DNA from: Macrostomum hystrix
Lineage: Eukaryota > Animalia > Platyhelminthes
Direction of reading: 5' to 3'
DNA: 64,000 bases
NCBI GenBank assembly: GCA_950097015.1
Contig: CATNEN010000038.1
Location: 24,304,001-24,368,000, forward strand
Numbering within the stretch: position 1 is the stretch's first letter; each line of letters opens with the position of its first letter. The notes beneath the pieces were generated by a model that did not search any database, had not been told where the DNA came from, and saw only the letters and a program-made list of their open reading frames with translations. The translations under genes were made by a program, and so were the position numbers. This document shows, one piece after another, positions 11,401 through 22,950 of the stretch.

Positions 11401-14400
11401 ACAGCTTACGTCCAATTTTTTCTCTAGTAGATAAGCTCGGATGGCCCGCTTTTTCGTCTCGTCCAATCCCGGCCTGTTTGGCTTGTTTGATTTTTTGCTC
11501 TGGCGCCCTTCCCAGGAAGAGCCACTGAAGTCGGCAACAGTCAGGACGCCTCGGAAAAGTGTGCGGAGCATCGTGCCGCGCAGCTTTTGGCTGGTATCCG
11601 CCGCCTTGTATGCGCTGACGGCGGCCTCAATTTTGTTTAGCTTAGTGGTGGAAACCGTCACAGTAGGGATGCTGCTTACTAAGGGCACAAGGACATCGGC
11701 ATCCGCGATGGCATGAGCGGCTGTCCGCTGAGCAGCTGACGATCGCGATAGTCCCATTGAATCTATTGCCGCTGAGATGCCCAGCTGGCACACAAATGAA
11801 GATCTGCCGGCATCGTCGGTGCTGGAGTCGATGCTAGACGGCAAAACTGTAGCGTCGTGGGTATCTGACGGAAGTACATCAGAACCAACACAGTTGCTAT
11901 CTGCAGACACAGCAGGCCCTCCGGTTGAATGCGCCATTATACTGTTGGGTAGTGCTTCCCATGTGGCGTTTAACTGCCTCAATAGTTCGTGGCCATATTG
12001 CAACGCCTGCTTGCCTGAGTCGACCATAAGTCGGGCAACTCTGTCGGCCTGCAGTGTACTGCGGCCCAGGGTGCGTATAGCGTTCGTCAAACGCTCGTTG
12101 AAATCAACGGCAGTCTGTAGGCGAGTGTCGTAGTCAGCCAGTAAGTCGTGATTCTGGGTTATTACGGCGTCTCTATCTTTGAGATCTTGAATCAGAGTCT
12201 CGTTCAGATTTTTGAGAGCCTCAAGCTCATCATTTAGGCGCCTGTTTGTTTCAATTTCTGCGTCTGTTCGCTTCTGGGCATCCTGAACGCCGCTGCGGAG
12301 CTTGTGACACTCAACTTCCAGATTTCTGCAGCGTACGCAGTCACCGTCTGGCACATTAATTGTCGTCGTGCTAAGGACGCTTCGATTACTCGAATTAGGG
12401 CGGCCTGTTGACGACGAAGCGGCGGTGGAAGCCTGGTGCACGATGCGGCCCATGGCAGACGTTGCATCCTTTCGTATTCGAAAGGGGCCTGCGGTAATAA
12501 AAGCGCGATGCTTTTTGGCGCCAATGCTGCGTCCCGTGACGACATCAACCGCCGCGCCGATAGCTCGTTGGGCAGGTACGGCCGGCGAGACAATGTTTTT
12601 TGCGCTCACAACCTGAGAATGTAGATCAGTGGCATTCAAGTGGGATCGTGGAATCCGATCATGATATCGACATGTCGGTATACTGCACACGTACATCTGC
12701 ATCTGCATGTAGGGATGCTAAAATTTCAGATTCGCTCACCTGCAGAGAATTTGAAGAGCAGTAAGTGACTACCCAGAAGCTGTCACTCTGGATAGCAGGC
12801 GCAGCGATGGCAACTGGACTAGCGGAAGCATCAGCAGGCGGAATCTTCCGCTGCTGTAGCGGAAACCGTTTAGCTTTTCGGTTCTGTTGACCATCCTCGT
12901 CAGTTACGTCTGCAGCAGCTGATGCGCTCGGCGGCAGTGGGTCTTCCGTGCACCGGACCCGCTTGGATTCAGCGCTGCACTCATCAATTGCAGCTGCAGA
13001 CCTCTTCAGCTGGTCTGTGTGGTCTGCGTGGCCGAAGTTGCTGTTGGCGTCCAAGTCGACATTCTTGCGTACAGCGGGTTTCCTTGGCTTGGCCGTCTGA
13101 GCCGCTTTTTCGGAGGCCTTCTGCTGCTTAGCCGTGGCCTTGGCTTATATTTCATTGTGATATTAAACAAAGTTACATCATTTGCGCTGTGCAACTTGGA
13201 CTTTAAAGTCATAAAAAACGTATTCGAATGCTAGTGAAAAAACAATCCATTTATCTAGCCATTGACAAGCATACGCATTGGCTATTTAAATCCTTTTGCA
13301 TGAGCCAATATGGGCCAGTATATGTGGGCCAATATGGGCCAGCATATGTGAGCCAATATGGGCCAGTATATGTGGGCCAATATGGGCCAGCATATGTGAG
13401 CCAATATGGGCCAGTATATGTGGGCCAATATGGGCCAGCATATGTGAGCCAATATGGGCCAGCATATGTGAGCCAATATGGGCCAGTATATGTGGGCCAA
13501 TATGGGCCAGCATATGTGAGCCAATATGGGCCAGTATATGTGGGCCAATATGGGCCAGCATATGTGAGCCAATATGGGCCAGTATATGTGGGCCAATATG
13601 GGCCAGCGTATGTGGGCCAATATGGGCCAGTATATGTGGGCCAATATGGGCCAGTATATGTGGGCCAATATGGGCCAGCGTATGTGGGCCAATATGGGCC
13701 AGTATATGTGGGCCAATATGGGCCAGTATATGTGGGCCAATATGGGCCAGCGTATGTGGGCCAATATGGGCCAGTATATGTGGGCCAATATGGGCCAGCG
13801 CATGTGGGCCAATATGGGCCAGTATATGTGGGCCAATATGGGCCAGCATATGTGAGCCAATATGGGCCAGTATATGTGGGCCAATATGGGCCAGTATATG
13901 TGGCAGTATATGTGGGCCAATATGGGCCAGTATATGTGGGCCAATATGGGCCAGTATATGTGGGCCAATATGGGCCAGTATATGTGGGCCAATATGGGCC
14001 AGTATATGTGGCAGTATATGTGGGCCAATATGGGCCAGTATATGTGGCAGTATATGTGGGCCAATATGGGCCAGTATATGTGGCAGTATATGTGGGCCAA
14101 TATGGGCCAGTATATGTGGGCCAATATGGGCCAGTATATGTGGCAGTATATGTGGGCCAATATGGGCCAGTATATGTGGGCCAATATGGGCCAGTATATG
14201 TGGGCCAATATGGGCCAGTATATGTGGCAGTATATGTGGGCCAATATGGGCCAGTATATGTGGCAGTATATGTGGGCCAATATGGGCCAGTATATGTGGG
14301 CCAATATGGGCCAGTATATGTGGCAGTATATGTGGGCCAATATGGGCCAGTATATGGGCCAGTATATGTGGGCCAATATGGGCCAGTATATGTGGCAGTA

Positions 14401-15018
14401 TATGTGGGCCAATATGGGCCAGTATATGTGGCAGTATATGTGGGCCAATATGGGCCAGTATATGTGAGCCAATCTGGGTCAGCATATGTGGGCCAATATG
14501 GGCCAGCGCATGTGGGCCAATATGGGCCAGCATTCTTGGGTCACAATAGTGGGCCGAAAGTGGGCTGAATTGGACATTCGGCTCGTTATATGGGCCAATT
14601 ATTAATGGGCTCTTAATGGGCCTATGTGGGCCACTTGTTGGCCCATCTATATGTGGGCCGAAACTGGGCAAAAAGCCCGCAAATTGGGCTAAAAGGCACT
14701 GGCCCACTGTTGGCCCACTGAAAAGCCCATACTTGCATGAAAAAAGCCCTTTGGTTTGGCAACCGGGTAGGAATCATTTTTATTCTGTCACATTTCACAT
14801 TGCAGACTTTTGGATTAACGTCCTTTTACCAGCTATTTCCCAATATTCTCAAGTTCAGAAGGGTTGTCTCTTTATTTTCCCAAGCCATATTCCTAGCATT
14901 TATCCATCATTCTTATGCTTGTTTCTAGGCAGCTGAACGACGCCGCAAGCACTATACTCAGCAGTCCTGGCAATCCACAGTTCAGACAAACACATCTACC
15001 GCTCCGATTGCTAAGCAA

Positions 15019-15092
<74 letters not shown>

Positions 15093-15926
15093 ACGACGGC
15101 GAGGCTGGAACGACGATTGCGCCGCTCCAAATTGTCGTCAACCCGCTGGCAATCAGGTTTGGTTTATGACCACTTGTTAGCATTGGGTTTTATCCCATTG
15201 TTTATAATCCCTTTAGAGATTGTTTTTGGATTTTTATCGTATTCCAAATCCTTGTCCTTTAGGAGTTTTATCCTATTGTTTCCACTCGGGGTCTTTTGGG
15301 ATTTTTATCTCACTGTTCCCACTCCGAGTCTTTTGGGTTTTTTCCCACTGTTCCCACTCCGTACTTTTATCGCAGTATTCTCACTCCGAGTAAGTTAGGA
15401 TTTTTTATCTGATCTACCCCGATCCTAGGGTCTTTCTGTAGTTTTTCCCATTTTTAAGCATGAATAGTTTGCATTTCTCCAGGTCAATTGGGTCGAATGT
15501 GACCAATGCCAGCAGTGGTTTCATTGGATCTGTGTTGGCGTCTTATCCGATGACGAACTGGCTGACTCCTACCTGTGCCCCACCTGTCTGCAATCTGGAA
15601 ATGCCAGCGCCGATCAACCACCTGATGAAGCCGACGATGTTAAATACGACACTAAAGAATTTTCGCCGCATCGTCCGGCTGAATTTCCAGTCAAAGCGAC
15701 GGACGCTGACGTGATCGACGAAGATGACGACGACGAGGATGACGACAGCGATATCGAGGAGTTGCTGCCAACACCGGACGGTGAGGAAGAAGACGACGAA
15801 GAAGATGACGACCCGGAGGATTCGATGGCGCAGAAGGACGCGCCAGAGGATGATGACGTCATTGACGAGGACAACGATGACGAGGAAGCAAACACATCGG
15901 GGGATGTGGCATTGGCCGACGCTTGA
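587..15926 (+). CDS. KDM5: KDM5/Lid-like (JARID1) protein, divergent: JmjN, degenerate JmjC, PLU-1-like region, PHD2, PHD3; about 9 exons (approx. 587-1070, 1675-2285, 2420-3101, 3645-3972, 4874-5330, 5859-6193, 7039-8641, 14929-15156, 15483-15926)
   Basis: JmjN-like [10 protein letters not shown]...[21 protein letters not shown]; VEAEFWRL; [12 protein letters not shown]; [11 protein letters not shown]; PHD2 CICG...[15 protein letters not shown]...YLCQAC followed by [19 protein letters not shown]...[14 protein letters not shown] and LEGDLLEVS; PHD3 CAAPNCRQP|[19 protein letters not shown]...YLCPTC. GT-AG junctions keep frame where checked. Confidence 0.88.
1085..1610. repeat. Intronic minisatellite, about 59-60 bp unit
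   Basis: Repeated AGATCCTGTCCAATCAGATCGATCGACTCTCTAACCCCCACCAGTCATTCCCTCCTC. Confidence 0.9.
3350..3505 (-). mobile_element. tRNA-derived SINE family A, partial copy
   Basis: Reverse complement resembles 28840-29040 (B-box GGTTCGATTCCCGACT; GCTTCAGTTCACCCAGCTGTTAAATGGG; AGTCCATGGAC). Confidence 0.7.
4040..4815. repeat. Intronic minisatellite, about 21 bp unit (CTGCCATTTTCCAAAGCTAGG and CTACACTGCCATTTCCCTAAT variants)
   Basis: Direct tandem repetition; explains spurious ORFs 4586-4844. Confidence 0.92.
5365..5556. repeat. Intronic minisatellite (AATTCGTTACTTTTCTT-type unit)
   Basis: About 10 tandem copies. Confidence 0.9.
6224..6620 (+). mobile_element. tRNA-derived SINE-like element
   Basis: Head GGCGGATAGCTCAGTCAGTAAGG...GGGTTCGACTCCCGACC (A/B boxes) followed by CAGTCTACTCAGCTGCAAATGAGTACC, related to the core of the 28840 copy. 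Confidence 0.7.
8672..8797 (-). mobile_element. SINE family A fragment adjacent to the TIR element
   Basis: Reverse complement closely resembles 28981-29100 (GCATTATCTGGGGTAATT...CCCCCAGTCCATGGACTGAACAGCCG...GCTGTGCTGTCGGCTGC). Confidence 0.8.
8930..10080 (+). repeat. Left subterminal arrays: short 24-bp ACACGGCGGCCCATACAGGCCCAT-type array, then 24-bp GCCCATATTGGCCCACATATACTG array with 12-bp CCACATATACTG inserts
   Basis: Tandem units read directly; they generate the [16 protein letters not shown] pseudo-ORFs. Confidence 0.95.
10378..10851 (-). CDS. CtIP/Sae2 (RBBP8/COM1) C-terminal domain-like module carried by the transposon; open frame lacks an in-frame ATG upstream of the domain (5'-truncated or a spliced exon)
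   Basis: [81 protein letters not shown] aligns by eye with CtIP [63 protein letters not shown] (CxxC, RHR, FW). The frame is open to 10851. Confidence 0.8.
   Translation of the reverse strand, partial: CGDDGSETQGPGECGDDGSEAAGPRDGVRRHALGGIFEGKTAAEIRADYNRLPERSSGPACVHVCRRKEDRLELQAHCCPDCEAWFADLSPESRRKRLQVAGRHRSNQPKIRTGDAQFWAIEMPPTPPEAPIEAMKSLPRRKRPLRDLSAAEAKKKT
11005..13140 (-). CDS. Spliced transposon-borne gene: N-terminal beta-rich segment, coiled coil and C-terminal BEN-like domain (exons about 13140-12740, 12612-11410, 11211-11005; start unresolved)
   Basis: Canonical phase-0 introns 12739-12613 (CAG|GTGAGC...CATTCTCAG|) and 11409-11212 (GAC|GTAAGC...CACACAG|) join three ORF-track fragments. 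CxxC plus heptad segment [14 protein letters not shown]...; BEN-like [54 protein letters not shown]|[21 protein letters not shown]. Confidence 0.72.
13296..14535 (-). repeat. Right subterminal array: same 24-bp unit in inverted orientation (CAGTATATGTGGGCCAATATGGGC)
   Basis: Reverse complement of the left-array unit. Confidence 0.95.
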
Positions 15927-16139
15927 ATGTTAAATATTTTGTTATCAATTTGTGCATTATTTGTTTCATATAGTTTTGCGGCCGGTAATTTCCATGTTCA
16001 ATGTGAAAATTTCATTAAAACTTTTAAACGCTGTTTTCTTGTATAACTTTTGTGGGCTGTTTTAGATTACAAGCATTTTTTAACCGGCTTTCTAGGTTCT
16101 TCAATTCGATTCATCTAATTCACCACAGGAAACTGTATT

Positions 16140-16460
16140 CCCCCGAAGTACCCTCTAGATTTCCCCTGAAGGTACTTTCTGGATTCCCCGGTTAACCTTC
16201 TGGATTCCCCGGGGTACCCTCTGGATTCTCCGGGGTACCCTCTGGATTCCCCGGGGTACCCTCTGGATTCCCCGAGGTACCCTCTGGATTCCCCGGGGTA
16301 CCCTCTGGATTCTCCGGGGTACCCTCTGGATTCACCGGGGTACCCTCTGGATTCCCCGGAGATACCCTGGATTTCCCGGATTCTCCGTTGTTTCGTCTGG
16401 ATTCCCCCGGTTCCCCCGGATTCCCCTTCTGGAATACCCTGGTTTCCAATGGATACCCCG
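16140..16460. repeat. 21-bp GC-rich minisatellite (CCCCGGGGTACCCTCTGGATT)
   Basis: Tandem units. Confidence 0.85.
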
Positions 16461-17457
16461 GGTTTTCCTCATGATTACTCTAAGGTTTCCTTAGAGTTTT
16501 AGTTTCCCTTAACTTTTTAGTTGGGATTTTGCTGCAAGGTGTCCTCGTTATATTTGAGGTGGAGATTTTCCCTCTGGATTCCGGAGTTACTGATAAAACC
16601 ATGTGATTTTATCGAGTCAAAGGTTCCTAAACCTAATAAAGCCATTTGATTTAACAGCTTTTAAAATAAGAAAGAAATTTGTTTTTACTTTTCTGGTATG
16701 CACTTCTCTATAACAGAACAATTTTTTTACTTTTTACTTTTAAATAAGTCGTTTTGTAGTAGTTTTTCGAAATTCGAAATTTGTCGCTAATTACGGCATT
16801 TTAGTTTATCTTTGCTGGATTATATTATAACAAATAAAATACTTTAAAAAGTCTGTAGCGCTAAAAGAATTGTAATTTAATGGAGCCGGCCGCCGTACGT
16901 CTGTTCAGATCATGGCTAAGACTTAATGGGAATCGAGAATCGAACCCCCGACCTTTAAGTCGTTAGTCTGGCGCTCTAATAAACGTCTTTACTAGTAATA
17001 ATACAAAAATATGTACTGTACTGTATGGAATTTAATTTTATAATGCTATGTTTTTTAGTATGAGTTTGTCTTACAATTATTGCATATCCGATGCGTTTAT
17101 TTCTCTTGTCTTACTGCTATAATTCTACCGTACTTTGATTATGTCCAGTAAACAGTTTGTTTATATTCGTGCTACTAATTAATAAAACAACGCAAATATA
17201 AAAGCGATTGTAGCCTTTTTTAGTCTTCTAATAAATAAGCACACATGCTTCACATTGTTGTAATTTTTGCCTGAATTTTATACCAAAATATTTTAGACAA
17301 AGCAAATCTACCTTACAAATCAGTTGTAGTTTATATTTAGTTGCAGATAAAACTGTGTAGTTATTAATTAACCAAGGTAAAATAAAACAACTGGTTCTTT
17401 TGTTAATATATTTTGTTTATTTTTTCCAGAGCCACTTCCATGCTGTAATGAAACTTC

Positions 17458-18429
17458 ATGTCATCTGTAGCCACTCTGCCGCAGTCATTCCAGTTGGGTA
17501 AGATAATAGCATTTATTTCTGAGGCTTGTGACATTCAAATAGGAATCACCCTGGGATTATCCCCTGGAAATCACCCTGGATTCTCCACCGGGAATCACCC
17601 TGGGATTCTCCACCGGGAATCACCCTGCGATTCTCCACCGGGAATCACCCTGGATTCTGCACTGGGAATCATCTAATATTATCCAATAGAATTTACCAGG
17701 GATTCTCAAATAGGATTCACCCTGAGACTCTCAAATTGGAACCGCCCTGGGATTCTCCTATTGGATTCAACCTGGGATTAAATGCTAGGAACCTGACTTG
17801 AAATAAATTTTGAAACAGAAAAAACACTAGAAATACTTGTTAAGTTTACATATAGGAGTTCCCTAATGGGAATTCCCTACGAGGAGTTCCCCAATCCAAA
17901 TTATCTTCTAGGATTTCACATTCGAAATTCCCTACTAGGTGTTCCCCAATCGGAATTCCCTACTAGGAGTTCCCCAATCGGAATTTCCTACTAGGTTTAC
18001 CCCAATCGGAATTCCCTACTAGGTGTTCCCCAATCGGAATTCCCTACTAGGTGTTCCCCAATCGGAATTCCCTACTAGGTGTTCGGCAATCGGAATTCCC
18101 TACTAGGTGTTCCCCAATAGGAATTCTCGATGAGTTTCTCCAGTCTTATTTCCTATTTGATCTGATGCACCATTTTAATCCCAATGTTTTGGCAGACGCG
18201 CGCCATCTTTGCCGCGGTGCCTCACGCCTGGAGCGCAGCTTCGCGGATCTCTACGCTGAGGGCACGGGCAGCAGCCGCAGCAGCAGCAGTAGCTGTCGAG
18301 AATTGCTGTTCCAATTTCAGCGCTATCTGCAGCAGTGCGGACAGCGCCATCTGCTTCAGTTCTGCTTTGAAGCAGATTCATTTAGAGCCTCCAGTGGCTG
18401 CCGCTTGTCCGCCGTCATCACTAGCTCGG

Positions 18430-18462
<33 letters not shown>

Positions 18463-21400
18463 ACGAAACTTCATTGCCTAACATAAAGTCAGAGGCTGAA
18501 CGATTACGCGACTGTCAGTTGTTCTTCATTCATTCGTAATCCTTCTATTCTAAGCTTAATGGCTTGTAAAATAATTACTAATTAAAGCGAATCTATTTTC
18601 AGTAATCAAATCAGACGCGGTGTCGCTCTACAAAGCTTATTTGGCACCCGAGGCTACCCCTAAATTGCCAATCGATGAAGCTATTAAAGTGCAAATTATC
18701 GGTAAGTTTATTTACAAGTTTTAACTAATTTTCTAACAGTTTTCAGTCTTACAATTTGATGACATTTTTTACAGAATCGATTTGCTCCGAGACCAACGGT
18801 TGCATTCAACCTGGAAGTTTTGATGCAGCTAGAGAAGCTGTCTATCAATTATTAGCTACGCGGTGAGTTTCTACACTTGTTTTGTTTGTGCTATGCTAAT
18901 TGATACCGAGAGGAATTCTATGTGTTAGTGTAATTTTAGATTACTAACGGTAGAAAGACAATTAGTTCAAATAACAACTGGCTATATAACGGTAGCTCTC
19001 AAACTAATGACTGATTTTCGTAAAAGTCCACCATAAGGACCAAAATTTTCCGATATTTACGATGAACTAGCTTTCAAAGCAGTCTGACGTCAGCATCGTC
19101 GAGTTATTCAGCAATTCTTGTCTAAGACATTTGTGACAAGGACAGCATAAAAAGACATAATAATAATTATTATTGTAGGAGGGCTGCTGGCAGTGGAACA
19201 TCATTTGGTGACACTAGACCCGCAGCCAGCGAGGAGGCAATTCTGCCCACTTCGCTGACTCCTGAGCACACAGGCACACAGATATTGTACGCAGGCACAC
19301 GCTCTCACATGTGTGTACATCTGCCCTGACTTTCTCATCGTCAGGCAGTGTAAATTTACCTGGATGTTGGCCCTCAAGGGCGTAAATTGCACGACAAGCC
19401 CCAAAGCCTTCTCTCCGCGACTGCGCCCCAAATAAATGTGGCCTCGCCGTGGAATCGAACTTAGGGACCTTGGCGCGAGAGGCAAACGCGTTAACCGCTT
19501 TGCCACCGACCCCCTAATACAATATAATACAAAAGTACACTCTTAATTACATGTACTTTTCAAACTAAGTTAAATTACAATACGTTTTAACAAACTTATA
19601 TTTGTTTTAGATATCAGAAAAAACACACACTACCCGCTTAAGAACTTTTATTTGATTAAGCTTCAATAGTTAACACGGAAGCTGTGAATGTAAAGAGACT
19701 GAACTGGTTGCATTTTCCGTTACAGCAGCTAAATATGACACCTTTACGACAATACGCTGATAGTACAGTGTTTTATTTGTATAAAACAAATAGTCCATTT
19801 TCGTGAATTCAGCGACTGAGCCATATTGCGTGTCAACAAAATTTACAGGCACTACAACGACTTTCTGTCCAGTCCAATCCTTGCAGAGTATCAGCTAGAT
19901 TTTCTAACTAATAGAATTAACGAATTAAACATATCCGATATTGTCTACTGCAGCTCGCTGCTTTTCAATTTTATGGAGGTGAGTCGGCGATATTTTTTTA
20001 TCCTACGCTTTACACCTTCAATTTAGTTTCTCGCCCGAAAAACTAAAAGGTAAACCAAAAGCTTTTTTAGTCTCAAAGTTTCATAATATATTTTTTATCA
20101 ATCGATCGATAAAATATAAAAATGACAGCCAACCCAGTTGTGCCAGATGATCAGTCAGTGCCACAGCCCCCTGAATCTTCCTTATCTCAACTCCTCTCTG
20201 TATTATCTCTCCCATGTCTCATCTGTCCCCTGTCTCATCTGTCCCCTGTCTTATCTCTCCCCCTCTCATCTCTACCATGTCTAATATCTCCCCTTTCTCA
20301 CCTCTCCCGTGTCTTATCTCTCCTTTTTCTTATCTCTCCCCCGTTTCATCTCTACCATGTCTAATATCTCCCCTGTCTCATCTCCCCTGTCTTATCTCTC
20401 CCATGTCTCATCTGTCCCCTGTCTCATCTCTCCCCTGTCTCATCTCTCCCCTGTCTTATCTCTCCCCTGTCTCATCCCTCCCCTGTCTTATCTCTCCCCT
20501 TTCTCACCTCTCCCGTGTCTTATCTCTCCTTTGTCTTATCTCTCCCCCGTCTCATCTCTACCATGTCTAATATCTCCCCTTTCTCACCTCTCCCGTGTCT
20601 TATCTCTTCTTTGTCTTATCTCTCCCCCGTCTCATCTCTACCATGTCTAATATCTCCCCTTTCTCACCTCTCCCGTGTCTTATCTCTCCTTTGTCTTATC
20701 TCTCCCCCGTCTCATCTCTACCATGTCTAATATCTCCCTGTCTCATCTCCCCTGTCTTATCTCCCATGTCTCATCTGTTTCCTGTCTCATCTGTCCCCTG
20801 TCTCATCTCCCCTGTCTCATCTGTCCCCTGTCTCATCTCTCCTGTCTCATCTCTCCCTGTCTCATCTCTTCCCTGTCTAATCTCTCCCTTGTCTTATCTC
20901 TCCCCTGTCTAATCTCTCCCTCGTCTTATCACTCCCCTGTCTCATATCCCGTCTTATCTTTCCCTTGTTTTATCTCTCGCCTCTCTCATTCGTTCAATGT
21001 CTCGTACTTACCCTCTTACTCCTTCCCTCTCTTGTCTAACTTCTCTTCTGTCTCGTCTCTTCTTTATTTAGTTTCTTGACTGTAAATTCACAGTTAAACC
21101 AAACTGCCGATAAATTTGCTGTAACCAACTAGTCTACAACTAATTAAGAAGTTTATATAGTACTTTAAGTAACGAACGAGTAAGTTTCTATGGCCTTTTC
21201 TACCATTTACCAACGCAGTTCATGGACAGCTTGGGCGGATCTAGATTTCTTCAATTTCTATTCGACGTCAGAAATTTTGAGTCCTACTCAACGGAAACAT
21301 CCGGCTTAGGGTCCGCAGAGACGCGAACTGCAGCGGCGGACGATGCGTTCTGCCTGTACGATCGATATTTCTCCTTGCAGGCCAGCTGTCCGCTTGGCTT

Positions 21401-22907
21401 TGACCATCAGTATAGAGTGGAAGTGGAAGTCGCATTGTGTCCCAGTGAGGCTGGGGTTGGAGTGAGATTAGACTGCTTCGAGAGAGCCAAGCAACTCGTG
21501 TTACAGTATCTGCAGGCGGTAATTGCTTTCATAATACTGTATGACATTCTACTCAATAGTTTGCCTGTCCCCCAGCCTTCTGATCCGTTCTACTCAATAG
21601 TTTGCCTGTCCCCCAGCCTTCTGATCCGTTCTACTCAATAGTTTGCCTGTCCCCCAGCCTTCTGATTCGTTCTACTCAATAGTTTGCCTGTCCCCCAGCC
21701 TTCTGATCCGTTCTACTCACTTGAACAAGAACCAACTTGCCAGCCCTTCAGACCGTCGAGATATTCAACGGTTCTGACCGAAGGTCGGATTTTTCCCATA
21801 AGCGCTAGTGTATTTCATGCACCCCTATACACAGAATTAGCACTGTGCCCTAGTGCGGCCTTGCCAGGCCTTCAAAATTTATCAGCACGTCACCCGAATG
21901 TGCCTGCGTCATCTCCGACTTCGGTGGTCACTTGCTTTTATCTAGACGGAGCTGCCGGACCTTCAACAAGTGGCACCAGCCGAGTATGGACAGCCTGATG
22001 TAAATTTCTATTATTTCGCTGATCAAGCCTCAATATGGCACGAAGGCTCAACCACAGGACCTTCGCCTAGTTTGTCAACAAATCAGTCACCACCCGACGC
22101 CGTCAGCAGAGAGCCTCCAGCTGGCTATGGAGTCGCTAAAGCGATTTTTTCTACTTTCGCTAATAAAGCCTCGATATTGGCCTATACTCAACTATTACTT
22201 GTTGAAGGTCAAGCAGCTCCGTCTAGATAAATGTGTGTGGAGATGATGCAGGCACATTCGGGTGACGTGCTGATAAAGTTTGAAGACGCGTCCTCATTCG
22301 TTCCTAGGCCTCAGAGACTAAATTCTTTATAGCACTTTCAAAGGCTTTTTCAGATTCTCAGACTCTCAGTCGTATTTCTCTGAATTTGTTTGAACTCTCT
22401 TAAAATATGACAAAAGACAAAAGAAAAAATCACTGCTCACCCACTCTATCAATAAATTTTCAGGCCTACGTGCCGGCCTACATAACTAGCGGTATGCTCA
22501 GCAATCACTTGGCCAGTTTAACTTATTTAGTAGACACCGCCTATTTGCGTTCCGCTAAATCTAAAAAGCAACAGCTGGAACTGCAGCAGCAGCAGCAGAA
22601 ACTGTTTCATCGGCACAATTCAGTGTCTACCCCGACGACACCTGTTGGCGCTGCCGCCGCCGCCGCCGCAGCTGTCACCAGCGCAGCCGAGGCCAACGCC
22701 AATGGCAGTGTACATTCCGAGCCAGTGGCTAGCACAGATTACCAGCCCAGTATCGTTAATTTTGGTCGGGTCGATCATCTGGGCCGATTTCACTCCGATT
22801 TAGATCCCATTGTTGGCCGAGATGGAAACAGCGGCGCGTCTTCCATTGCTGGCAGATTTTTTCAACGTTTTGCTCCGAATTTGGATCTGAAGACGCAGTC
22901 TAGGCCT

Positions 22908-22950
<43 letters not shown>

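Larger units (their letters stand above)
8805..14767. mobile_element. Foldback-type, CACTA/EnSpm(CMC)-like non-autonomous DNA transposon with cargo genes, inside KDM5-like intron 8642-14928
   Basis: Perfect 13-bp TIR CCCGGTTGCCAAA (8805-8817) / TTTGGCAACCGGG (14755-14767); flanking TAG at 8802-8804 and 14768-14770; inverted subterminal 24-bp arrays; no DDE transposase seen. Superfamily assignment is inferred from the CCC termini and subterminal repeats. Confidence 0.85.

Noticed and set aside
10110-13296. A transposase within the TIR element
   Set aside because: No DDE/CMC, hAT, MULE or P-type motifs recognisable in any frame; the space is occupied by the BEN and CtIP-like units
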